DNA of 64,000 nt. It comes from Natronosporangium sp. GTDB taxonomy: Bacteria; Actinomycetota; Actinomycetes; Mycobacteriales; Micromonosporaceae. The translations under genes and the position numbers were made by a program. Below the pieces are notes generated by a model. It saw only the letters and a list, made by a program, of their open reading frames with translations, had not been told where the DNA came from and searched no databases. The DNA is taken from contig DATGPS010000035.1 of NCBI GenBank assembly GCA_035304685.1, positions 27,904-91,903 of the forward strand, read 5' to 3'. Below, piece after piece: positions 10,567-21,163 of this stretch; positions within the stretch are counted from its first letter, which is position 1, and every line of letters begins with the position of its first letter.

Positions 10567-11757
10567 TCAGAGACCGGCGGCCGACTTGAGATCGGCCACC
10601 CGGTCGGTGCGCTCCCAGGTGAAGTCGGGCAGTTCCCGGCCGAAGTGGCCGTACGCCGCGGTCTGCTGGTAGATCGGCCGTAGCAGCTCCAGGTCCCGGA
10701 TGATCGCGGCCGGGCGCAGGTCGAAGACCTGGGAAATCGCCTTCTCGATCCGGTCGGTGGGGACGGCCTCGGTGCCGAACGTGTCCACCATCAGGCTCAC
10801 CGGTTGGGCCTTCCCGATCGCGTACGCGACCTGCACCTCGCACCGCTCGGCCAACCCTGCGGCGACGACGTTCTTGGCCACCCAGCGCATCGCGTAGGCG
10901 GCGGAGCGGTCCACCTTCGACGGATCCTTCCCGGAGAACGCGCCCCCGCCGTGCCGGGCGTACCCGCCGTAGGTGTCCACGATGATCTTCCGGCCGGTGA
11001 GCCCGGCGTCACCCATCGGACCGCCCACCTCGAACCGTCCAGTGGGGTTGACCAGCAACCGGTAGCCGGCGGTGTCCAGCCCCAGGCCCTCCACCTCGGG
11101 TGCGATCACATGCTCGCGGATGTCGGGGGTGAGCAGTTCTTCCAGGGAGATGTCGCCGGCGTGCTGAGTGGAGACCACCACCGTGTCCAGCCGGACCGGC
11201 CGCTGCCCCTCGTACTCCACGGTCACCTGGGTCTTGCCGTCGGGGCGCAGGTAGGGCACGAGGCCGTCCTTGCGCACGGTGGCGAGCCGCTGCGCCAGCC
11301 GGTGCGCCAGCGCGATCGGCAGCGGCATCAGCTCGGGGGTCTCGGTGCAGGCGAAGCCGAACATCATGCCCTGGTCGCCGGCGCCCTGCGCGTCCAGGGC
11401 GTCACCCGCGCCCTCCCGCTCTTCCAGGGCATGGTCGACGCCCTGAGCGATGTCCGGCGACTGGGAGCCGATCGAGACGCTCACGCCGCAGGAGGCACCG
11501 TCAAAGCCCTTCTTGGAGGAGTCGTAGCCGATGCTCAGGATGGTGCGCCGGACGATCTCGGCGATGTCCGCGTACGCCTGAGTGGTGACCTCGCCGGCGA
11601 CGTGGACCTGACCGGTGGTGATCAGCGTCTCGACGGCCACGCGACTGCGCGGATCCTGTGCGAGCAGCGCGTCGAGAACGCCGTCACTGATCTGGTCCGC
11701 GATCTTGTCAGGGTGGCCTTCGGTGACTGACTCGGAGGTGAACAGACGACGAGTCAC
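10567..11757 (-). CDS. metK: S-adenosylmethionine synthetase
   Basis: [19 protein letters not shown] and GGGAFSGKD motifs; GTG start with TAAGGAG RBS. Confidence 0.98.
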   Translation of the reverse strand: MTRRLFTSESVTEGHPDKIADQISDGVLDALLAQDPRSRVAVETLITTGQVHVAGEVTTQAYADIAEIVRRTILSIGYDSSKKGFDGASCGVSVSIGSQSPDIAQGVDHALEEREGAGDALDAQGAGDQGMMFGFACTETPELMPLPIALAHRLAQRLATVRKDGLVPYLRPDGKTQVTVEYEGQRPVRLDTVVVSTQHAGDISLEELLTPDIREHVIAPEVEGLGLDTAGYRLLVNPTGRFEVGGPMGDAGLTGRKIIVDTYGGYARHGGGAFSGKDPSKVDRSAAYAMRWVAKNVVAAGLAERCEVQVAYAIGKAQPVSLMVDTFGTEAVPTDRIEKAISQVFDLRPAAIIRDLELLRPIYQQTAAYGHFGRELPDFTWERTDRVADLKSAAGL

Positions 11758-11997
11758 GGCGCTCCTTAGCTGATAGGGGACGTCGGTGTCGGCGTGCGAC
11801 GGGTGAGCGTCTCGGCGGTCCGGCGACAACCTCGCCGTCGAGGGTCACCTACGAGCGGTCTCCCCGGGTCTCGCGCGCGTTACGCCTGAGCCTATCGGCT
11901 GCATCCGCCGCCCTCCAGACGCGCCCCACCATCCATCTTATATGCGGTGGTATAGGCGAAACGCGACGCTGGCGGGTTTTCTGGCGCGACCCGACCG

Positions 11998-13299
11998 CTA
12001 CCCGGACGGCTCCGCGGCGACGGCTCCCCCCGGCGGCGCCACCGGGTCGGGTGGCAACAGCGGCTTCACCAGGTCCCACACCGCGTCGGCCAGCGCCTCC
12101 TTGGAGCGCTCCGGGAACACCGTGGTGGCGCCGTCCGCGCCCAGTACGGTGGCGGCGTTGGTCTCCTGCCCGAACCCACGCAGCCGGCCGGAGGCCGGGT
12201 CCGGGCCGACCTGGTTGAGCACGACCAGGTGGGCGCCCTTGCGGGTGAGCTTGGCGCGGGCGTTCTCGATCGCCTCCGGGCCGGTCACCGTCTCCGCGGC
12301 GAACACCACCAGCACCTGACCGGCCGGAAGCTCGCCGGCGGCCCGGGCGGCGCCGAGCGCGGCGGCGACATCGACCGTGGGCACCAGTCGCAGGCTGGGC
12401 GGCCCGTCGTCCTTCTTGATCTTTTCGGATGCGTACGCCTCCGGCCGGAAGTCCGCCGGTGCCGCGGCCATCACCACCGCGTCCGCGCCCGCGGCGGCGG
12501 CCAGGGTGGCGCGGTACAGCTCGTCGGTGGTCTCCACCGGCACCAGCTCCGCGCCGACCGGGGCGGGCAGGTCCACGTTGGCGGCGATCAGCGTCACCGC
12601 GGCCCCGCGCGCGATCGCGGTCTGGGCGAACGCGTAGCCCTGCCGCCCGGAGGAGCGGTTGCCGAGGAACCGGACCGGGTCGAGCGGCTCGCGGGTGCCG
12701 CCGGCGGTGACCACCACCCGCCGGCCGGCGAGGTCCACCCCGGCCGCGGGTTGCGCGTCCCCGGCCGCCCCGCCGGGGAGCAGCCTGGTCGCGACCGCGG
12801 CGATCTGCGCCGGGTCTGGCAGCCGCCCCTTGCCGGTGTCGGGGCCGGTCAACCGCCCGGTGGCCGGCTCCAGCACCACGGCGCCGCGCGCGCGCAGGGT
12901 GGCCACGTTCGCCACCGTGGCCGGGTGCTCCCACATCTCGGTGTGCATCGCCGGCGCGTACAGCACCGGGCACCGGGCGGTGAGCAGGGTGTTAGTGAGC
13001 AGGTCATCGGCGATCCCGACCGCGGCCCGCGCGAGCAGGTCGGCGGTGGCCGGGGCGACCACCACCAGGTCGGCCTGCTGGCCGATGCGCACGTGCGGCA
13101 CCTCGTGCGCCTGGGACCAGACGTCGCTGGCGACCGGGTGACCCGACAACGCCTCCCAGGTGGCGGCGCCGACGAAGCGCAACGCCGCGGCGGTGGGCAC
13201 CACGGTCACGCGGTGTCCGGCCTCGGTGAAGAGCCGGAGCAACTCAGCGGCCTTGTACGCGGCGATCCCCCCGGCCACGCCGAGGACCACGCGGGCCAC
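11998..13299 (-). CDS. coaBC: Bifunctional PPC decarboxylase / PPC synthetase
   Basis: GGIAAYKA, PAMHTEM and TAGGTREPLDPVRFLGNRSSG motifs. Confidence 0.96.
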   Translation of the reverse strand: MARVVLGVAGGIAAYKAAELLRLFTEAGHRVTVVPTAAALRFVGAATWEALSGHPVASDVWSQAHEVPHVRIGQQADLVVVAPATADLLARAAVGIADDLLTNTLLTARCPVLYAPAMHTEMWEHPATVANVATLRARGAVVLEPATGRLTGPDTGKGRLPDPAQIAAVATRLLPGGAAGDAQPAAGVDLAGRRVVVTAGGTREPLDPVRFLGNRSSGRQGYAFAQTAIARGAAVTLIAANVDLPAPVGAELVPVETTDELYRATLAAAAGADAVVMAAAPADFRPEAYASEKIKKDDGPPSLRLVPTVDVAAALGAARAAGELPAGQVLVVFAAETVTGPEAIENARAKLTRKGAHLVVLNQVGPDPASGRLRGFGQETNAATVLGADGATTVFPERSKEALADAVWDLVKPLLPPDPVAPPGGAVAAEPSG

Positions 13300-13310
13300 G
13301 CCGACCGCGC

Positions 13311-13574
13311 CTAGCCGTCGGTGGACTCGGCCGACAGCAGGCCGGAGTTGATCTCACGCAGGGCGATCGACAGCGCCTTCTCCTGCGGCGTGGTCTCCAC
13401 CAGCGGGCCGACGTACTCCAGCAGGCCCTCGCCGAGCTGGCTGTAGTAAGCGTTGATCTGCCGCGCCCGCTTGGCCGCGAAGATCACCAACGCGTACTTG
13501 GACGAGGTCTTCTCCAGCAGCTCGTCGATCGGCGGGTTGGTGATGCCCTCGGGTTGGGCGACGGTTCCAGCCAC
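13311..13574 (-). CDS. rpoZ: RNA polymerase omega subunit
   Basis: [27 protein letters not shown]; gmk-rpoZ-coaBC gene order. Confidence 0.97.
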   Translation of the reverse strand: MAGTVAQPEGITNPPIDELLEKTSSKYALVIFAAKRARQINAYYSQLGEGLLEYVGPLVETTPQEKALSIALREINSGLLSAESTDG

Positions 13575-13635
13575 GATCTACCTCTCGCTCTTCTAGTCCC
13601 CCATCGCCCGACCCGGACCGCGGTGTCGCCGCGGA

Positions 13636-14226
13636 TCACAGCAGGGCGGGCGAGCCGAGCAATCCTACCAGTTCATCGGCGGCCCGGACGACGGAGTCGT
13701 TGATGATCGTGAGGTCAAACTCCGACTCGGCGGCCAGCTCCTCCCGGGCATGCTCCAGCCGGCGCCGGATGGTCTCCGGGTCGTCCGTGCCCCGCCCCAC
13801 CAGCCGCCGTTCCAGCTCCGACCAGCTCGGTGGGGCGAGAAAGACCAGCTGGGCATCGGGCATGGCGCGGCGGACCTGGCGGGCTCCCTGCAGGTCGATC
13901 TTCAACAGCACCGGCTCGCCTTCGCGCAGGCGCGCCTCGACCGGGCCGCGGGGGGTCCCGTACCGGTTCCCGGCGAACTCGGCCCACTCCAGCAGCTGGT
14001 CTTCGCGCACCAGCCGGTCGAACTCTGCCTGGTCGACGAAGTAGTAGTGCACCCCGTCGATCTCGTTCGGGCGCTTGGGGCGAGTGGTCACCGAGACGGA
14101 GAGCCACACCCACGGCGACCGCGCCCGGACCATCTCGATCACGCTGTCCTTGCCGACCCCGGAAGGGCCGGAGAGCACCGTGAGTCGACTGGCCGGGCGC
14201 GGGCCGTCCTGCCTATGAACGGTCAC
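13636..14226 (-). CDS. gmk: Guanylate kinase
   Basis: [17 protein letters not shown] and DLQGA motifs. Confidence 0.96.
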   Translation of the reverse strand: MTVHRQDGPRPASRLTVLSGPSGVGKDSVIEMVRARSPWVWLSVSVTTRPKRPNEIDGVHYYFVDQAEFDRLVREDQLLEWAEFAGNRYGTPRGPVEARLREGEPVLLKIDLQGARQVRRAMPDAQLVFLAPPSWSELERRLVGRGTDDPETIRRRLEHAREELAAESEFDLTIINDSVVRAADELVGLLGSPALL

Positions 14227-14267
14227 TGCTCGTTTCTACCCGCTCTGTTGGGTTTCTACTAGCGGCC

Positions 14268-14582
14268 TCACCCGGCGAACTCGCTAAGCAGTGCCTTGCG
14301 CTGTTGTTCGCCGAGACCGCGCAGCCGACGGCTGTCAGCGATCTTCAGCTTCTCCATGGTCTGCGTGGCCTTCACCTTACCGATACCCGGCAGCGCCTGC
14401 AGCACGGTGGCCACCTTCAGCTTGCCGACCACGTCGTCGTTCTCCGCCTTGTCCAGCAGCTCGGAGAGCGTGACCTGGCCGTTCTTGAGCTTCTCCTTGA
14501 GCTCGGCCCGAGCCTTGCGGACCTGGGCCGCCTTCGCCAGGGCGGCGGCTCGCTCCTCGGGACTCAGTGATGGGAGGGGCAC
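14268..14582 (-). CDS. mihF: Actinobacterial integration host factor (mIHF/sIHF)
   Basis: LP.LSPEERAAALAKAA...LPGIGKVKA...RRLRGLG; conserved position upstream of gmk. Confidence 0.95.
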   Translation of the reverse strand: MPLPSLSPEERAAALAKAAQVRKARAELKEKLKNGQVTLSELLDKAENDDVVGKLKVATVLQALPGIGKVKATQTMEKLKIADSRRLRGLGEQQRKALLSEFAG

Positions 14583-14763
14583 CAGTACTCCTTGGGATTC
14601 TCAGTCGCGCCGACCTCCGGCGCGCATGTGACGTCTGATGCAGCCGGTAACTACCGGTGCATCGGTCCGGCGCTGGGGAAACTAGCCGGCCGCGACGAAT
14701 TCAGCAACATCGCCACGCGATCGCATCTAGGGCAGATACGTGCCGGACATCACACTCGTCCCC

Positions 14764-15621
14764 TCATGCCGGGCTCATCAGCGCGTGCCGGCACTCCGCC
14801 GCGACCCGCTCCACGGCCGCGCGCAGGTCCGCCACCTCCGGCCCGGCGGAGAGCACCTGGCGGGAGTACGAGGGCAGGAGCGCGCCGCGGTCGACCCGGA
14901 ATCCGGTCCGCAGGTCGGCCGCGCTCGCCCCCTGCGCGCCGAGTCCGGGGACGAGCACCGGGCCGCCCAACCGGGACAGATCCAACCCCTCGGCGCCCAC
15001 GGTGGCGCCGATCACGACCCCGAAGCTGCCCGCCGCCGGACCCTCCGTGACCTCCGTGTCACCCTGGTTGAGCTGCGCAATCTCGTCCACGACCGACTGC
15101 GCGACCGAGCGTCCGCCGGGACCTACGGCGCGCTGGATCGCCGCCGCCTCGGGGTTGCTGGTCAGCGCCAGCACGAACGCGCCGCGGCCGTGGGCCCGGG
15201 CGCGGGCCACGGCCGGGGCCAGCGCCGCCACCCCCAGGTACGGGTTGAGGGTGACCGCGTCGACGCTGAGCGGGCTGTCCGGATGCAGGTACGCATCGGC
15301 GTACGCCTCCATGGTGGAGGCGATGTCGCCGCGCTTCACATCGAGGAGGACGAGCGCGCCGGCGGCCCGGAGGTCCCGGATAAGAGACTCCAAAACGGCG
15401 ATGCCACGAGAACCGAACCGCTCGAAGAAAGCAGCCTGGGGTTTAAAAATTGCTACCCGATCGGCCAGCGCCTCCACCACCGTTCGGGTGAACGCGGCGA
15501 GCCCGTCCGGGTCATCGGAGAGCCCCCACCGGCGCAGCAGGGAGGGATGCGGATCCACTCCCACGCACAACTGCCCCCGCTGCTCGACCGCGGCCCGCAG
15601 CCGCACCCCGAAGCGCTCCAT
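14764..15621 (-). CDS. pyrF: Orotidine-5'-phosphate decarboxylase
   Basis: LCVGVDP, KPQAAFFE, DVKRGDI and PGLGAQG motifs. Confidence 0.96.
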   Translation of the reverse strand: MERFGVRLRAAVEQRGQLCVGVDPHPSLLRRWGLSDDPDGLAAFTRTVVEALADRVAIFKPQAAFFERFGSRGIAVLESLIRDLRAAGALVLLDVKRGDIASTMEAYADAYLHPDSPLSVDAVTLNPYLGVAALAPAVARARAHGRGAFVLALTSNPEAAAIQRAVGPGGRSVAQSVVDEIAQLNQGDTEVTEGPAAGSFGVVIGATVGAEGLDLSRLGGPVLVPGLGAQGASAADLRTGFRVDRGALLPSYSRQVLSAGPEVADLRAAVERVAAECRHALMSPA

Positions 15622-15622
15622 C

Positions 15623-16945
15623 TCACCCTCCCCGGTCCTGGGCCCAGGCTGTCTGGGCGCCCTGGGTCGTGGCCGCCACCGCAGCGGTCATGGCCGCGGT
15701 TATGGTAGCCAGCTCCGCGTCGGTCACCAGGTACGGCGGCATGGTGTAGATCAGGTCCCGGAACGGGCGCAGCCACGCCCCCCGCGCCACCGCGGCGGCG
15801 GTGGCCGCGGGCACGTCCACCGGGCGGGTGAGCTGCACCACCCCGATCGCGCCGAGCACCCGCACCTCCGCCACGCCGGGGTGGCCGGCCAGCGGCGCCA
15901 GGCCGGCCCGCAACCCGGCCTCGATCCGGGTCACCTCCGCGCGCCAGTCCCGCTGTCGCAGCAGGCTGATCGAGGCGTCGGCGACCGCACAGGCGAGCGG
16001 GTTGCCCATGAACGTGGGCCCGTGCGCCAGCACCGGCACCTCGCCGGCGGAGATGCCCTCCGCCACCCGCGGAGTGCACAGCGCCGCCGCGGCGGTGAGG
16101 TAGCCGCCGGTGAGCGCCTTGCCCACACACATCACGTCGGGGCTGACGCCGGCGTGGTCGGCGGCGAACAGCTCCCCGGTGCGGCCGAACCCGGTGGCGA
16201 TCTCATCGAAGATCAACAGCACGTCGTGGGCGTCCGCCAGCTCCCGCAGCGCGGTCAGGTACCCGGGGTGGTGGAAGCGCATCCCGCCGGCGCCCTGTAC
16301 CACCGGCTCGACGATCACCGCGGCCAGCTCGTCCGCGTGCCGGCCGACCAGCTCGGCCAGGTGTGCCAGGTACGCCGGGTCGGGCGGCGTGTCGAACCCG
16401 CCCGGGGGCTGGTCGGCGAAGACCTGCTCGGGCAGGACCCCGCGCCACAGCGCGTGCATCCCGCCGTCGGGGTCGCACACGCTCATCGGGTGGAAGGTGT
16501 CGCCGTGGTAGCCGCCGCGCCAGGTCAGCAGCCGCCGCTTCCCCGGCCGGCCGCGGGAGCGGTGATACTGCAGGCACATCTTGATCGCGACCTCGACGCT
16601 GACCGAGCCGGAGTCGGCGAGGAACACGTGCGCCAACCCGGGCGGGGTGATCTCCACCAGGTGCCGGGCCAGCCGCACGGCCGGCTCGTGGGTGAGCCCG
16701 CCGAACATCACGTGGCTCATCCGGGCGAGCTGGTCGCGCACGGCCGCGTCCAGCACCGGGTGGCGGTAGCCGTGGATCGCGGCCCACCAGCTCGACATGC
16801 CGTCCACCAACTCCCGGCCGTCGGCCAGCCGCAGCCGCACCCCTTCCGCCCCGGTCACCACGTACGGGTCGACGGTGCCGGGCATGGGCGAATACGGGTG
16901 CCACACGTGCGCCCGGTCGAGGGCGAGGATCTCCTCCGGGGTCAC
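15623..16945 (-). CDS. bioA: Adenosylmethionine-8-amino-7-oxononanoate transaminase
   Basis: [46 protein letters not shown] and HGPTFMGNP motifs. Confidence 0.94.
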   Translation of the reverse strand: MTPEEILALDRAHVWHPYSPMPGTVDPYVVTGAEGVRLRLADGRELVDGMSSWWAAIHGYRHPVLDAAVRDQLARMSHVMFGGLTHEPAVRLARHLVEITPPGLAHVFLADSGSVSVEVAIKMCLQYHRSRGRPGKRRLLTWRGGYHGDTFHPMSVCDPDGGMHALWRGVLPEQVFADQPPGGFDTPPDPAYLAHLAELVGRHADELAAVIVEPVVQGAGGMRFHHPGYLTALRELADAHDVLLIFDEIATGFGRTGELFAADHAGVSPDVMCVGKALTGGYLTAAAALCTPRVAEGISAGEVPVLAHGPTFMGNPLACAVADASISLLRQRDWRAEVTRIEAGLRAGLAPLAGHPGVAEVRVLGAIGVVQLTRPVDVPAATAAAVARGAWLRPFRDLIYTMPPYLVTDAELATITAAMTAAVAATTQGAQTAWAQDRGG

Positions 16946-17937
16946 CTGCTCAGTCTCCTGGCGGCGGCGCGGACCAGCGCGGGGCCGTGGTAGACGAAGC
17001 CGGTGTAGAGCTGTACCAGGCTGGCGCCGGCGTCGCGCATGCGGGCCGCGTCGTCGGCGGTCATGATCCCGCCGACCCCGATCACCGGCAGCGTGCCCGC
17101 GGTCTCGCGGTGGACGAACGCCACCACCTGGCGGGCCCGCTCCGCCAGCGGCCGCCCGGACAAGCCACCGGCCTGCCCCTCGTCGTGGTCCACAGTGGTG
17201 TTGGTGGCGATGACCCCGGCCGCGCCCCGGTCGAGGCAGACCCCCAGCAGCTCCGCGATCGCGCTCTCGGTCAGATCCGGGGCGATCTTCACCAGGATCG
17301 GCCGGGGCGGCCGGCCCTCGCCGACCAGCGCGTCAAGCAGCGCGGCCAGGTGCTCGCGGTCCTGCAGCGACCGCAGGCCGGGGGTGTTGGGCGAGGAGAC
17401 GTTGACCACGAAGTAGTCCCCGTACTCGCGCAGCATCCGGTAGGAGGCGAGGTAGTCCTCGACCGCCTCGGCCAGCGGCGTGCGCTTCGACTTGCCCAGG
17501 GAGATGCCGAGCGGGACCGCCGGCCGCCCGGTGCGGCGCAACCGGTCGGCGAGGGCGGCCGCGCCGGCGTTGTTGAAGCCCATCCGGTTGACGATCGCCT
17601 GCCGCGCCGGCACTCGGAACAGCCGGGGCCGGTCGTTGCCCGGCTGCGGGTGCCGGGTGACCGTGCCCACCTCCACGAACCCGAACCCCAGCGCGGGCCA
17701 GGCCGGTAGGGCCACGCCGTCCTTGTCCATGCCGGCGGCGAGCCCGACCGGGTTGGGGAACTCGATCCCGCACACGGTGACCGGCGCGGTCACGGCGTAC
17801 CAGTTGCGCAGCAGCGCCAGCACGGCCGGCCGGCGCGCCAGCGCGGCCAGCCGTCGTAGGGCCCACTCGTGAGCCGCCTCGGGATCCCCACCGCCGATGC
17901 GAAACAGGACGGGCCGCACCACCCGCTCGAACAGCAT
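16942..17937 (-). CDS. pyrD: Dihydroorotate dehydrogenase (quinone, class 2)
   Basis: [24 protein letters not shown] and GGLSG motifs. ATG 17937 preferred because TACGGT lies 7 nt upstream. Confidence 0.95.
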   Translation of the reverse strand: MLFERVVRPVLFRIGGGDPEAAHEWALRRLAALARRPAVLALLRNWYAVTAPVTVCGIEFPNPVGLAAGMDKDGVALPAWPALGFGFVEVGTVTRHPQPGNDRPRLFRVPARQAIVNRMGFNNAGAAALADRLRRTGRPAVPLGISLGKSKRTPLAEAVEDYLASYRMLREYGDYFVVNVSSPNTPGLRSLQDREHLAALLDALVGEGRPPRPILVKIAPDLTESAIAELLGVCLDRGAAGVIATNTTVDHDEGQAGGLSGRPLAERARQVVAFVHRETAGTLPVIGVGGIMTADDAARMRDAGASLVQLYTGFVYHGPALVRAAARRLSR

Positions 17938-18060
17938 CGCCAGCACCGTACCGGATCGCCACCTGCCCGCCGCACCCGAGCCGCCCGGCGCCGCCGGGGA
18001 GCCGGCCGCCGCGCCAGCGGCCGTGGAAGGCGTCGCCCCGGCAGCGGGGCGCCGGAGGGC

Positions 18061-19077
18061 TCAGGCCGGCGATCCCGGGCCGGGCCCGCCGGCGGCGAGG
18101 GTCGCCCCGTAATGGCGCCGTCCGATCTCGACCAGCCGTTCCCGGGTGGCGCGGTCGCACAGCGCCCCGGCCAGGCCGGCCGCGTACGCATCGGCGGCGC
18201 TCACCCCGAGCGAGCCGGCGAGCGCGTACTCCCGGCTCAGATCGGTGCCGAACATGGCCGGATCATCGGTGTTGACCGTGCACGGTACGCCGGCGGCGCG
18301 CAGCCGCGGCAGCGGGTGCTCGGCGAGGTCGCCCACCACCCGGGTGCGCAGGTTGGAGGTGAGGCAGACGTCCAGCACCAGCCTCCGGTCGACGATCTCG
18401 GCGAGCACCGCCGGGTCCTCCACCGCCCGGATACCGTGCCGGATCCGCGCGGGGTCCCACGCGAGGATCTCGCGTACCGACTCCGCACCGGCCACCTCCC
18501 CGGCGTGCGGCACCAGTGCCAGGCCGCCGTCACGGGCGATGGCGAACGCCTCGGCGTAGGTCGCCGCCGGCGCGGCCGCCTCCAGCCCGCCCAGGCCCAG
18601 CCCCACCACACCCCGGTCGGCGTAGCGGACCGCCCATCGGGCCGCCTCGGCCGCCACGGTGGGGTCGAGGGTGCGGTACAGGTCCGGGGTGAGGCGGACG
18701 GTGACGCCGTGGAGGTCGTACGCCTCCTGCGCGCCCTCGGTGTAGCCGGTGAAGACCTCCGCCCAGCTCACCCCCTGACTGGCCGGCTCGGCCGGGGAGA
18801 AGATGCCCTCCAGGTAGACCGCGCCGTGCCCGGCGGCCTCGGCCGCGTAGTCGACCACGATCTGCCGGAAGTCGTCGGCGGTACGCAGGCAACCGGTGAC
18901 CAGGCGCCAGACCCGGATGAAGTGGGCGAAATCAGTGAAGTCATACAGCGTGGCCAGCTCGGACTCGGTCTTCGCGGGCAGCGGGGCGTCGTTGCGGCGG
19001 GCGATCTCCAACAGGGTCGCGGGGCGGATCGCCCCCTCCAGGTGCACATGCAGCTCGATCTTTGGCTCGACGCTCAC
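18061..19077 (-). CDS. add: Adenosine/adenine deaminase family protein
   Basis: PKIELHVHLEG, HAGE, RIRHG and NTDDP metal/catalytic motifs. Confidence 0.88.
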   Translation of the reverse strand: MSVEPKIELHVHLEGAIRPATLLEIARRNDAPLPAKTESELATLYDFTDFAHFIRVWRLVTGCLRTADDFRQIVVDYAAEAAGHGAVYLEGIFSPAEPASQGVSWAEVFTGYTEGAQEAYDLHGVTVRLTPDLYRTLDPTVAAEAARWAVRYADRGVVGLGLGGLEAAAPAATYAEAFAIARDGGLALVPHAGEVAGAESVREILAWDPARIRHGIRAVEDPAVLAEIVDRRLVLDVCLTSNLRTRVVGDLAEHPLPRLRAAGVPCTVNTDDPAMFGTDLSREYALAGSLGVSAADAYAAGLAGALCDRATRERLVEIGRRHYGATLAAGGPGPGSPA

Positions 19078-19131
19078 GCCCGAGACCCTACGCGGGCCCG
19101 CGTAGACCACCGCCGGCGGCGACCACGCGGG

Positions 19132-20985
19132 TCACGGCAGCCGGCCGGCGAAGGCGAGTACCACCTGCTGGATCGCGGAGACCTCGTCCCGGGCGACGAT
19201 CGTACGCCCGCCGGTGACCTCGGTGATCTGCCGCAACGCGTCCGCGTCGGCCTCCGGCCCGACAGCCAGCGCGATGATCGGCAGCGGGCGGTCCGGCTCC
19301 ACCGCCTCCGCCAGCTCTTCCAGCAGTTGCGGCAGGGTCCGCCCGCTCGCGATCTCGTCCTTGCCGTCCGTGATCACCATCAGCATGTTCAGCGCGTCGG
19401 GTCGCCACTGTTCCCGCATGGTCTGGTAGGCGTCGTGCACGGTGTCGTAGAGCGCGGTGGCGCCGGCGGCGCTGAGCCCCTGGATCGCCTCGGCCATCGC
19501 CGCCCGGCGCTGCTCGCCGCTGAGCTCGCCGATCGGGACCAGCTCCCGGTACGGGGTGGTGGGAGTCAGGTCGGAGGAGAACTCCCACAGCCCCACGTTC
19601 GTCTGGTTGTTGAGCATGGCGACCCCCTCCAGCGCCGCACCCTGGAGCAGCTCCAGCCGGGTCTGGTCGGTGTCCGGCACGGTGTCGGCCATGGAGCCGG
19701 AGGTGTCCAGCACGATCAGCACGTTGTTCGGCCGCGTGACCACCGGCCAGACCCGCAGCATCTCCCCCAGCCCCGCCGCGGACGGGACACGCTGCGGGGC
19801 CGGCACCTCGGCCGCGAACCCGTGCCGGGGGGCCAGCAGTTCGACCCCGGCGGTGGAGTGCTGCGGGTCGCGGTACCCCGCCTCGGCGAAGGCCCGCCGG
19901 CCCTCCGGCCCTTCCAGGTACGCCTGGAACTGCGCGGCGACCTCCCGCTTCTCCGCGCTGACCCACGGCGCGTCCAGCAGCACGAACGGGTAATCGGCGT
20001 ACACCACCCCCTCCTGCAGGTAGACCGGGACCAGCTCGACCCCGCTACCGGCGGGCCGGTCCGGCTCCTGCCGGGCGGCGTACGCGGCGAGTTCGTGCTC
20101 CAGCACCGGGAATGCCGCGGGTAAGTCGACCGCGACCCCGTCGCCGGCCTCCGGCTCACCCGCGGCGCCGTCACCCGCGCCGTCGGCATCGTCACCCGCG
20201 GCGTCGGGGTCGCCGGTGGCCGCCCCACCGGCCTGCGCGTACGCCCGCAGCAGCGAGCTGGTGTCGTCCACGTAGGCGGTCACGAGCTGAGCGAACTCCA
20301 GCGCCGCGAGCAGCTCCTCATCGCTGAAGACGTCGTCGTCGTCCCGGTCCAGCACGGTCAGCACCCCGGCCTGGCCGGCGGCGGTACGCGCCGGGTCGGG
20401 GAAGCCCAGCCGCAGCGGCCCCCACTCCGGATGGCCGAACTGCTCCCAGGTGCGGCCGCGGGTGAAGGACTCCAGCAGGTCGGCCCAGGCCAGCTCGGTC
20501 TCCGGCCAGCCGAGCGCCTCCGCCATCGGCCGCTGCATGGCCAGCACCACCGGCGAGGAGGCCAGGCTGGGCGGGGCGGCCGGCAGCAGGTCGGCGGCGT
20601 CCGGCCGGGCCCCGGCCACCGCCAGCCAGGTGGACGACTCCGGGGCCCACACGTCCGGGCGGGACCCGTCCTGCTCCTCGTCCCAGCCCGGCGACAGCGT
20701 AGCCGCGGCGAAGCTGGACGGGATCGGCTCGACCACGACCTTGGCGCACCGCTCCCCGACCGCGGGGCCGGTCTGGTGCCACTCGTCGGCCGCCCGGGAC
20801 AGCACCTCGGTGTGGGAGGGTGAGGCGGAGACCACCAGGGTCACGGCCGGCTCCGCGCAGCCCGAATCCGACCAACGCACCACCGCCACCGCCGCGATCG
20901 CGACCAGTGTGATCCCCAACACACTCGAAACCGCGACCGTGAGGCCGCGGCGGGAACGTCGGTGCCGGGACACGGAGATTGACAT
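19132..20985 (-). CDS. Membrane-anchored substrate-binding-domain + von Willebrand A protein
   Basis: N-terminal basic patch and TM helix; SBP-like PDVWAPESS / SLASSPVVLAM; C-terminal vWA with DTSGSM, TALYD and ITDG. Confidence 0.85.
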   Translation of the reverse strand: MSISVSRHRRSRRGLTVAVSSVLGITLVAIAAVAVVRWSDSGCAEPAVTLVVSASPSHTEVLSRAADEWHQTGPAVGERCAKVVVEPIPSSFAAATLSPGWDEEQDGSRPDVWAPESSTWLAVAGARPDAADLLPAAPPSLASSPVVLAMQRPMAEALGWPETELAWADLLESFTRGRTWEQFGHPEWGPLRLGFPDPARTAAGQAGVLTVLDRDDDDVFSDEELLAALEFAQLVTAYVDDTSSLLRAYAQAGGAATGDPDAAGDDADGAGDGAAGEPEAGDGVAVDLPAAFPVLEHELAAYAARQEPDRPAGSGVELVPVYLQEGVVYADYPFVLLDAPWVSAEKREVAAQFQAYLEGPEGRRAFAEAGYRDPQHSTAGVELLAPRHGFAAEVPAPQRVPSAAGLGEMLRVWPVVTRPNNVLIVLDTSGSMADTVPDTDQTRLELLQGAALEGVAMLNNQTNVGLWEFSSDLTPTTPYRELVPIGELSGEQRRAAMAEAIQGLSAAGATALYDTVHDAYQTMREQWRPDALNMLMVITDGKDEIASGRTLPQLLEELAEAVEPDRPLPIIALAVGPEADADALRQITEVTGGRTIVARDEVSAIQQVVLAFAGRLP

Positions 20986-21163
20986 CAGCGATCCCCCAGG
21001 AGGCAGGCTCGGAACGCACGGTATGGACCCGCATACCCAGCGAGCGGTCGATGTAGGGTGTCGTTTGCGCTGGGTAGACGGCAAACTTATCCGAACCTAC
21101 AGCGCCCGCAACCTCGTGGGCAGTGGGTGCGGCGCGCGGATCCGTTGGGGGGACCGACACGTC

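Noticed and set aside
11758-11997. Possible SAM riboswitch upstream of metK
   Set aside because: No SAM-I or SAM-IV core motifs could be recognised; only a promoter-like TAAGAT. An Rfam scan would settle it.
14583-14763. Short dyad (CCGGTAACTACCGG) upstream of mihF as an ncRNA
   Set aside because: It is too short and nonspecific for high-GC DNA.
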